Part shown: positions 57,422 to 64,000 of the stretch, one piece after another | Numbering within the stretch: the stretch's first letter is position 1 | Layout: each line of letters opens with the position of its first letter | DNA from: Minisyncoccota bacterium | Lineage (GTDB): Bacteria; Patescibacteriota; Minisyncoccia; Phycocordibacterales; DATDWN01 | Assembly (NCBI GenBank): GCA_036517395.1 | Contig: DATDWN010000013.1 | Location: forward strand, 2,191 to 66,190 | Direction of reading: 5' to 3' | DNA: 64,000 nt | The notes under the pieces: model-generated | The model's input: only the letters and a program-made list of their open reading frames with translations | The model's database searches: none | What the model was told of the DNA's origin: nothing | Program-made: the position numbers and the translations under genes

Positions 57422-57533
57422 ATGGATTTAAGTTAGCATATTTTTGCTTTTTAGACAAAAAGTGATATAGTTTTCCTGTGCTTTTGGCTAAACCCCTCTG
57501 GGGTCGCCCGAACTTTGCAAAGCAAAGTTTTAG

Positions 57534-57605
57534 GGCCCTATCGTCTATCGGTTAGGACAACTGGTTTTCAATCAGTTAAGCGCGGTTCGACTCCGCGTAG
57601 GGTCA
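57534..57605 (+). tRNA. tRNA-Glu (anticodon TTC)
   Basis: Acceptor ggcccta/tagggtc (one G·U), anticodon stem actgg/tcagt with loop ttTTCaa, T-arm cgcgg-ttcgact-ccgcg. Confidence 0.7.
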
Positions 57606-57645
57606 CAAAAATTAAATTAATGCATTATTTAATTTTTGTGACCCT
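57599..57645. repeat. Perfect ~46-nt palindrome starting inside the tRNA-Glu 3' end (gggtcacaaaaattaaattaatgcattatttaatttttgtgaccc)
   Basis: Read directly. A further GCGTAAGGGTCACA copy lies at 57720-57735. Confidence 0.7.
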
Positions 57646-57746
57646 GCGCCAGGAAGGGGTCGGGAGACCTGTTTGGTTTCCCGTGGAGGAAGGATTGGGA
57701 AAACCGTGGGTTTCCCAGTGCGTAAGGGTCACACACGTAACATTTT

Positions 57747-58355
57747 ATGGATAACAAACCAGTTATTGCTATTGATATTGACGACGTGCTTTCTTCTAGC
57801 GCCGCCGGTTTTGTGGAATGGAGCAATGGTAAATATGGCACTCATCTTAAGCCAGAAGACTACCAAGAACATTGGGCCGAAATGTGGAAGCTTGATTTAG
57901 AGGAGACTTTTAAAAGAGCTAATGAATTTCATGAGTCGAATATTGTAAACGCCTATAGCACAGTTGATGGTGCTCTAGAAGTATTAAATAAACTTAAAAC
58001 TCGTTTCACCCTTATCCTCGTTACGAGTCGTAGAGTATCGCTGAAGCAGGCAACTCTGGAATGGATAAATCTTCATTATCCAGGCATTTTTACGGATTGT
58101 TCCTTTGCTGGTTTCTTTGATGCTGATAAACCCGATCTCAACCATTTAAAATTGACTAAAGCGACCCTTGCACAAAGTCTCAAGGCCGATTACTTAATTG
58201 ACGACCAACTTAAGCATATTGAAGCTGCGGCTGATATTGGAATAACTGGTCTTCTTTTTGGAGAATACTCGTGGAATAAAAAAGATGTTCTCCCTAAGAG
58301 TATAGTTCGAGCAAACAACTGGTCAGAAGTTCTACACTACTTTGAATCTCAGTAA
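57747..58355 (+). CDS. HAD-superfamily 5'(3')-deoxyribonucleotidase (NT5C family)
   Basis: VIAIDIDDVL…, LILVTSR…. Confidence 0.55.
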   Translation: MDNKPVIAIDIDDVLSSSAAGFVEWSNGKYGTHLKPEDYQEHWAEMWKLDLEETFKRANEFHESNIVNAYSTVDGALEVLNKLKTRFTLILVTSRRVSLKQATLEWINLHYPGIFTDCSFAGFFDADKPDLNHLKLTKATLAQSLKADYLIDDQLKHIEAAADIGITGLLFGEYSWNKKDVLPKSIVRANNWSEVLHYFESQ

Positions 58356-58407
58356 TTTGTGACTGATTTTTATATACACAAAACGCTTGACATCCGATGC
58401 GAAATGG

Positions 58408-58436
58408 AATACAATACTGTTGTGGTTTTAGGGAAG
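58408..58436 (+). promoter_or_regulatory. Near-consensus sigma70 promoter (TTGACA-17-TACAAT) driving a non-coding ~180-nt transcript
   Basis: ttgacatccgatgcgaaatggaatacaat. Confidence 0.5.
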
Positions 58437-58439
58437 GTC

Positions 58440-58615
58440 TTGTGTGTTTCGGGACGACGGCATTCGCTCTCCCCCAACACACACCCTTTCCTTCACCCAC
58501 GCAGTTCTTTCGGTCACACTTGCTTCGGCAATCTGTGACAACCCCGGTATCGATGTTCGATACCCCAATTTACAAAAGCTCTCCCTTCGGGTCGAGAGCT
58601 TTTCTGCATTATGCC
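58440..58615 (+). ncRNA. Candidate small structured RNA of unknown class
   Basis: No ORF. Several hairpins: gtgtgtt…aacacac, gtcacacttgc-TTCG-gcaa..tgtgac, ggtatcga-tgt-tcgatacc. It ends in a UUCG-loop hairpin plus T-run (gctctcccttcgggtcgagagcttttct). Confidence 0.4.
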
Positions 58616-59548
58616 CTACCTCGTATGCATTTCAACGTAGATATCTTCCAAGGCTTTGACTGCGTCTCCCGAGGCGATGTTGTTTTGGTGGTATAGTCCG
58701 TCAGTACAGTCTCCAGCGGCCCAGATTCCTGCAACTTTTGTTTTCTGGTTTCTAGGATCAACTGGGATTTGACCAATCTGGTTTAACTCCAGTACATTTT
58801 TTGCAAAGTATGTTGTAGGAATAAGTCCGATTTCTACAAAAATTCCTAGAGTCTCTATTTCATGATTTTCTTTTGTAGTTGTGTCTTGCCAAACTAAACC
58901 TGTAACAAACTGACCACCTTTTATCTCCACAGGCACGGCATTTATAATTATTTTAAAATTTGGGTTTTGTTTCAGTTTGGCCACTGTTATCTCATCTGCC
59001 CGAAGGTTTTCACTTCGGTTAAGTAGAGTCACGCTTTTACAATAGGCCAGAAGCTGAGCAGCTGTCTCAAAAGCAGCGTTACCCCCGCCAATAACCACAA
59101 CATCTTGACCGGCGAAAAGCGGTCCGTCGCATGAGGCGCAGTATGTAAGGCCTTTGTTATCAAACTCTTTTGCTCCCACAACATCCAGTTTTCGGCGAGT
59201 TGAACCCGTAGCAATAAGTATATTTTTTGTTTGGTATTCTCCCTTCTCTGTAACAACAACAAAACCACCATTTGGGAGCTCGGCTCCCAAATGCTTTATA
59301 TCTTGAACAGATTCTTCTTTTATTTCGACTGTGTCTCTGGCATATGCAGACAAATGTTTTTTGAAGTTGTCGGCCAACTCTTGCCCTGATATTTTTATCG
59401 TACCAATCCAGTTTTCTATACCTTCTGAAACAATACTTTGACCACCGAATTCAGGTGCAATCAAAAGTGTTTTTAGCTTTTTTCTCGCAGCATAAACACC
59501 AGCCGAGACACCAGCTGGTCCACCACCGATAATGATGAGATCATGCAT
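58616..59548 (-). CDS. trxB: Thioredoxin reductase
   Basis: N-terminal FAD motif DLIIIGGGPAGVSAGVYAARKK, redox centre CASCDG, NAD(P) motif VVVIGGGNAAFE. Confidence 0.75.
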   Translation of the reverse strand: MHDLIIIGGGPAGVSAGVYAARKKLKTLLIAPEFGGQSIVSEGIENWIGTIKISGQELADNFKKHLSAYARDTVEIKEESVQDIKHLGAELPNGGFVVVTEKGEYQTKNILIATGSTRRKLDVVGAKEFDNKGLTYCASCDGPLFAGQDVVVIGGGNAAFETAAQLLAYCKSVTLLNRSENLRADEITVAKLKQNPNFKIIINAVPVEIKGGQFVTGLVWQDTTTKENHEIETLGIFVEIGLIPTTYFAKNVLELNQIGQIPVDPRNQKTKVAGIWAAGDCTDGLYHQNNIASGDAVKALEDIYVEMHTR

Positions 59549-59560
59549 GTGAATAATGAA

Positions 59561-59950
59561 TTATGATTTATGAATAATGAATGATTTGGAAGTTTTAATA
59601 AGGCCCTGTAGTAGTCTCTGGCTTGTTACAAGTTTTTCCATTACTCTTTCAAAATCTTTACTAATATATCCTAAATCCTTAGATAATAAAAGTTGATTTT
59701 TCACTTCCGTTAGCGATCCATGAGCTAGATAATAGAATTGAACCTTTTCTCTATAGGACTGTCTTCCAAAACCTTCAGCAATATTTGATGTGATTGAAAC
59801 ACTAGCTCTTTGTATCTGTGACGTTAGTCCGAATCTTTCAAAAGCAGGAAATTTATTAGAAATCTTATAAATATCAAGAACTAGCTCGTGACTAAATTTC
59901 CAAGCATTGAGATCAGTAAAGTCCCTGATCTTTCCCGAACCATTATTCAT
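59561..59950 (-). CDS. Four-helix-bundle protein (23S rRNA intervening-sequence protein family, which is also the Avd fold)
   Basis: …WKFSHELVLDIYKISNKFP…GLTSQIQRASVSITSNIAEGFGRQS…. Confidence 0.65.
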   Translation of the reverse strand: MNNGSGKIRDFTDLNAWKFSHELVLDIYKISNKFPAFERFGLTSQIQRASVSITSNIAEGFGRQSYREKVQFYYLAHGSLTEVKNQLLLSKDLGYISKDFERVMEKLVTSQRLLQGLIKTSKSFIIHKS

Positions 59951-59968
59951 AATTCATTATTCTAACAT

Positions 59969-61120
59969 CTATTTTAGTTTACTTCTCCTCAAAAACGCCG
60001 GTACCGCGCCCCACTCGTCATCATCTGCCACTTCCGGCACTTTTACTTCTGAAGCTTTTGGTTGAACAGGTATGGAGTTAAATATTTTTCCCTTCTCCTC
60101 TGTTACTACTTCATCTTTTTTATTTGATGCCTGTGTAGATTGGAAAAGAGTTTTCTTGTTAAAGTTTTCTGGGAAGTTCGAAGCGATGACAGTTATTCTA
60201 ACCTCGCCTTTTTTCAACTTCTCGTCCTTTACAGTTCCGAAAATAATTCTTGCGTTCGGATCTACCGACTCGGTTATTATTTTTGCCGCATCTTGAATCT
60301 CAAACATTCCCAAGTCATCTCCTCCAGCAATCGAGAACAAAACTCCCTTGGCCCCGTTTATTGAAACCTCCAAAAGAGGCGAGTTTATAGCCATTTTAGC
60401 CGCTTCCTCGGCTCTCTTTTCACCAGTTGCTGTGCCTATGCCCATAAGAGCCGTACCGGCGTTTTCCATGATGGCTTTTATATCAGCAAAGTCTATGTTT
60501 ATAATTCCTGGGGTCGTAATCAAATCAGAGATGCCTTCAACAGCTGATTTCAAAACATCATCGCAAGTTGCAAAAGCGCTTTTTGCTGTTGTCTCTTTTG
60601 TAATACTTGAAAGCAGTCTGTCGTTAGGTATTACAATGATCGCATCAACTGCCAGTCGAAGCTCGTCGAGCCCTGCTTCTGCCAATTTCATTCTCTGCTG
60701 TCCTTCAAAGAAAAATGGTTTTGTTACAACCGCTACAGTCAGAGCACCCATCTCTCTGGAAATTCTAGCTATGATTGGAGCAGCTCCTGTTCCCGTACCG
60801 CCACCAAGTCCGCAAGTTATGAAAACCATGTCCGCACCCTTTATCGCTTCTTGTATTTCTTCTTTAGTTTCTTCCACGGCTCGTTTACCAAGCTCTGGGT
60901 TCATGCCAGCTCCTAAACCATGAGTCAAGTTTTTACCAATGTGTATTTTTCTTTTGGATAGGGAATGATGAAGGTCTTGAGAATCCGTATTAATGGCGAT
61001 AAAATCAACCCCCCTAACTTTGGAATTTATCATATGGTTTAAGGCGTTTTTGCCAGAGCCACCGACTCCTAGGACCTTGATTCGGGCGAATGCTTCTACG
61101 TCTGGTTTTATTTGTGGCAT
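59969..61120 (-). CDS. ftsZ: Cell division GTPase FtsZ
   Basis: GVGGSGKNA…, GGGTGTGAAPIIA tubulin signature. Confidence 0.9.
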   Translation of the reverse strand: MPQIKPDVEAFARIKVLGVGGSGKNALNHMINSKVRGVDFIAINTDSQDLHHSLSKRKIHIGKNLTHGLGAGMNPELGKRAVEETKEEIQEAIKGADMVFITCGLGGGTGTGAAPIIARISREMGALTVAVVTKPFFFEGQQRMKLAEAGLDELRLAVDAIIVIPNDRLLSSITKETTAKSAFATCDDVLKSAVEGISDLITTPGIINIDFADIKAIMENAGTALMGIGTATGEKRAEEAAKMAINSPLLEVSINGAKGVLFSIAGGDDLGMFEIQDAAKIITESVDPNARIIFGTVKDEKLKKGEVRITVIASNFPENFNKKTLFQSTQASNKKDEVVTEEKGKIFNSIPVQPKASEVKVPEVADDDEWGAVPAFLRRSKLK

Positions 61121-61310
61121 GTTTTTTAAGAGTTTCTAATTAAAATTCTAAATTAGTTGTAGCCACATACTATCATAACCGTCAAAAATAAAAACAATTG
61201 ACTACCTTAGAGATTTATGTCAGAAAACGGCTTAAAATAAAGCTATTTTATGGCTAAAACATTTTTGTTTAAACAAAAATGTTCGCCCGAACTTTTGCTT
61301 TACAAAAGTT

Positions 61311-62519
61311 TTAGGGTAAAAACTTTTGTATCCATTCTGAAATTTTTCCGCCAGCTTTTTTCATCCTGTTGCCCAGTCCCATGTTTATTTTTTCTTCAGT
61401 TGAAAGTCCAAGCATGCACAAACCATAGGCCACGGCCCAAGTCGAGTCTTTTATATTATTTTTGCCAGCCTGAGTTGACTGTCCGTTTATTGCTCCAAGT
61501 CTTGATGGCAGTTTCAAGGCTACCTTGGCCAACTCTTCTATCGTTCCGATACCACTACCTCCTCCTGTAATAAATATTCCAGCTGGCAATAAGCCGTTCC
61601 TGCCGATTTTTTTTAAATGATTCTCAATAAGCTCAAACATGTCGTAAATTCTGGCGCTGATTATTTCCTCAAGCTTTTTTTTTGAAAAAGAGCCGGAACC
61701 GAAACTGCCGATTTTCAGGTTCTCCGCTTCTTCTAAGGGGATTTTCAATCCTAGGGCTATATCATTGGTTATATCTGCGCCTCCGATAGGGAAAACCTCG
61801 AGGGAAATAGGAATATTGTTTTCAAAAACAACAATAGATATGGTTTCAGCACCGATGTTGGCCAGAACGCAACCGGCCATTTTTTGTTGTTTGGAAAGTA
61901 TTACAAAAGAAGCGGCGATAGGAGAGGCCATGGCATCAATGACATCAATACCGGCTTTCTCCACTGCCTCCAGCATGTCGTTCAAGTGTCCCTCGAGACA
62001 TGTCACAAAAAGCATTTTGACCTCGAGCTTGGTGCCCTTCATGTCTATAGGGCTTTTTGCCAAGACCGGTTTGCCGTCGATTTTGTATGAAAGAGGAATT
62101 GGGTGAAGTATTTTTCTGTTTTGAATTAGGGTGGCTGGTAAAGTTTCTTCACAGACTTGCGATAATTTTTCAATATCCAATTCTGTCACTTGTGAGTCTG
62201 CTCGAGCGATGATAGTACTTGCTGTACCCGTTACAGCTCCGAGACCTATGCCTCCGACAGCAACGAAAGCTTTGTGGATTTTCACACCACTGACTTTTTC
62301 AGCCATCTTTACCGCCACTTCAATACTTTCAGTTATGTCACCGCTGTTTATGATATAACCATGTCGAAGACCTTTTGATTCCGTCAGCCCCGTGCCAATA
62401 ATACGGCTTATTTGCTTACCATTTTCTCTAACGAGCTCTGCCACTACCACTTTGACCTGGTATGTTCCGATATCTATTCCGACTGCAATATTTCTGGACA
62501 TTTGAGAGATAATTTTCAA
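61311..62519 (-). CDS. ftsA: Cell division protein FtsA
   Basis: Actin-like ATPase pattern …VGIDIGTYQVKVVVAE…; directly upstream of ftsZ. Confidence 0.8.
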   Translation of the reverse strand: MKIISQMSRNIAVGIDIGTYQVKVVVAELVRENGKQISRIIGTGLTESKGLRHGYIINSGDITESIEVAVKMAEKVSGVKIHKAFVAVGGIGLGAVTGTASTIIARADSQVTELDIEKLSQVCEETLPATLIQNRKILHPIPLSYKIDGKPVLAKSPIDMKGTKLEVKMLFVTCLEGHLNDMLEAVEKAGIDVIDAMASPIAASFVILSKQQKMAGCVLANIGAETISIVVFENNIPISLEVFPIGGADITNDIALGLKIPLEEAENLKIGSFGSGSFSKKKLEEIISARIYDMFELIENHLKKIGRNGLLPAGIFITGGGSGIGTIEELAKVALKLPSRLGAINGQSTQAGKNNIKDSTWAVAYGLCMLGLSTEEKINMGLGNRMKKAGGKISEWIQKFLP

Positions 62520-62641
62520 TTATCAATTTTACAATTTACAATAAATTTCCAATGTTTCAATGTTTGAAAATTAATTCATTGAAAATTCAATGCCTGCCTG
62601 CGGTAGGCAGGAAAATTGAGAACTGTAAATTGAAAATTAGA

Positions 62642-62998
62642 TTAGACGCCGAATTGCTTACGCAATTTGGTTTCTAATCTCTCCATTGTACTACCATGCT
62701 CCATTCCTTTCAAATGGAGACATCCGTGGATAAATAGAAAGCCCTCCTCTTTTTGTGCCAAGCTCGGCGTTATGAAAATCTCTCCGGCATTTTTATCTAG
62801 CGAGAAACTTAAAACATTCGTAGGTTTATCTTTGCCACGATATTTGAGATTTAGCTCACCAGACTTTTTCTCTCCAATAAACACCAGAGAGAGTGAGTAG
62901 CCTTTTCCCAACACTTCATTTTTTATTTTTGCAAAAGACACAGGGGGAACAACATTACGAGTGGTATTTATTAAGCTGAATTTTTCTTCATTATTCAT
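62642..62998 (-). CDS. ybeY: rRNA maturation endoribonuclease YbeY
   Basis: HGCLHLKGMEH metal-binding motif; …NVLSFSLD…. Confidence 0.6.
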   Translation of the reverse strand: MNNEEKFSLINTTRNVVPPVSFAKIKNEVLGKGYSLSLVFIGEKKSGELNLKYRGKDKPTNVLSFSLDKNAGEIFITPSLAQKEEGFLFIHGCLHLKGMEHGSTMERLETKLRKQFGV

Positions 62999-63099
62999 TC
63001 AGATATAAGCTGATCGTGGAGTTGATTTAAGATTTAGGATTTATGAATGATGATTGGTATTTTGCATTATTCTTAAATCTTGAATCGTAAATCTTATAT

Positions 63100-63351
63100 C
63101 TATTTTTTGCCTCCTCTAGGTGTGTATTCACTCATTTTGCCTAGTTTTATCAGTTCAGCTACTTCTTCTCGTCTTTTCAGCACTTTTAAGGTCTTTTTCT
63201 GCTTTACGTATGGAGAAAGTTTACGTGTTGAGTATCGAATTGATCTGACACGAGGCAAAACACCAGAGCCCTGAACTCTTTTGGTGAATCGTCTTATGAG
63301 GTTAACGTTGTTTTCGTTGCCCGTTTTTACCACTTCTGCGTTTACTGACAT
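63100..63351 (-). CDS. rpsU: Ribosomal protein bS21
   Basis: …LIRRFTKRVQGSGVLPRVRS…, small and basic. Confidence 0.55.
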   Translation of the reverse strand: MSVNAEVVKTGNENNVNLIRRFTKRVQGSGVLPRVRSIRYSTRKLSPYVKQKKTLKVLKRREEVAELIKLGKMSEYTPRGGKK

Positions 63352-63551
63352 GTGCGGTATTTTATCACAACAAGCATTTTATTTCAACTCCAAGAAACAC
63401 CCGTAGGTGAAGATACAAAATCTCGTCGAGGCAAAATCTTTTTAGAGACTTTCGCAGGCTGACGAGCCGAGAACGAGACAAAATCTCAACAGAGATTTAT
63501 GTCGTGCTCTAAAAAGGTTTTGGTGAGAAAGAGGTTTTGTATCTAGGGGTT

Positions 63552-64000
63552 TTACTTAAGTTTCTTCAAAAACTCCGCTAGTTCAGAAAGAGCAATAGTT
63601 TCCTGCTCTCTGTTTGCGATACTTCTCACTATCATGCTGTTTTCCACCGCCTCTTTTTGTCCCATGACCAAAACATGCGTGGCCTTCATATATTCCGCTC
63701 CCGAGAGTTGTCCTGTGATTTTGTCTTTTGTTATGGAGTGGTAGACCGGAATTTTATGTTTGCGCAACATTTCAACTATATTTAAAGCTTTCAGTTTGGC
63801 CGTGGAACCGAGTTGTACTAGGTAAAACCTCGGTTTTTTTATTTTATGTATAGCAACTTTCTTCGACATGGATGGATTTTTCCTGACTGAAATAGTTACT
63901 CCCACCGTCGGTATTTCTCTTTTGCCTCCGATTTTTTTAGCTAGGTGATTGTATCTGTAACCGAAAGCCAAAAGCTCGTCACCGGATCTAATTTCGAATA
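63552..64000 (-). CDS. Class II aminoacyl-tRNA synthetase (HisRS/ThrRS-like), C-terminal anticodon-binding domain; the gene continues beyond the window
   Basis: …ATHVLVMGQKEAVENSMIVRSIANREQETIALSEL… is typical of the HGPT anticodon-binding domain. The N-terminal part lies outside the window. Confidence 0.4.
   Translation of the reverse strand, partial: FEIRSGDELLAFGYRYNHLAKKIGGKREIPTVGVTISVRKNPSMSKKVAIHKIKKPRFYLVQLGSTAKLKALNIVEMLRKHKIPVYHSITKDKITGQLSGAEYMKATHVLVMGQKEAVENSMIVRSIANREQETIALSELAEFLKKLK

Noticed and set aside
2757-62640. AT-rich low-complexity 'aaattt/taaaat' blocks (2757-2880, 8265-8335, 48885-48950, 62520-62640), checked as possible CRISPR arrays
   Set aside because: There are no regularly spaced identical repeats with unique spacers. 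They are degenerate AT-rich microsatellite-like sequences. One is an rRNA expansion segment and the others are intergenic.

Overview
This AT-rich (~35-40% GC) chromosomal segment has the hallmarks of a Candidate Phyla Radiation / Patescibacteria-type genome: a 16S rRNA gene interrupted by a group I intron that encodes a LAGLIDADG homing endonuclease, plus AT-rich expansion segments. A short tRNA-Ile follows the 16S, and no 23S rRNA is present downstream.

Gene content, left to right:
- the 3' end of secF
- a Y1/HUH REP-associated transposase (RAYT-like) flanked by REP palindromes
- the 16S rRNA gene and tRNA-Ile
- a type IV pilin
- a T4CP-like ATPase
- a ~27-kb cell-surface glycan locus: about 11 glycosyltransferases (GT4/GT2/GT-C), GtrA, a YdjC deacetylase, a DegT aminotransferase, methyltransferases, a Wzx flippase, a Wzy/O-antigen-ligase-TPR protein, and an embedded CotH-VTC-DUF4956 module
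- a complete diversity-generating retroelement (DGR) at 37.9-40.5 kb: target gene with a C-terminal variable repeat, a template repeat, an avd-like gene and a reverse transcriptase
- secA, a DsbA-like/DsbB pair, MYG1, FtsB-like and glutaredoxin-like genes
- tRNA-Arg, tRNA-Phe, Hsp20, PrsW, valS
- a 1267-aa DUF11/Ig/peptidoglycan-binding surface protein
- tsaD, tRNA-Val, tRNA-Glu, a 5'-deoxynucleotidase, trxB, a four-helix-bundle protein, ftsZ, ftsA, ybeY, rpsU, and the 3' part of a class II aminoacyl-tRNA synthetase

Several short repeat families sit on top of this gene content:
1. A ~135-nt inverted-repeat element (arms ATCCGCACACCAA..TTGCCAT, constant 90-92-nt spacer) found six times, directly 5' of genes.
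2. A ~45-nt motif (GAGGAGCGC...CAGCGTCCGArCG) present twice, with a covarying hairpin.
3. A family of small palindromic hairpins with the core AGAGC-GAA-GCTC, including in-frame insertions into the pilin and secA coding sequences.
4. REP palindromes around the RAYT gene.

Diverged duplications of gene termini occur at the secF 3' end and the tsaD 5' end, and the 3' ends of tRNA-Ile and tRNA-Glu are duplicated. There are also four GC-rich (~55-62% GC) islands, one of which is the DGR target gene.
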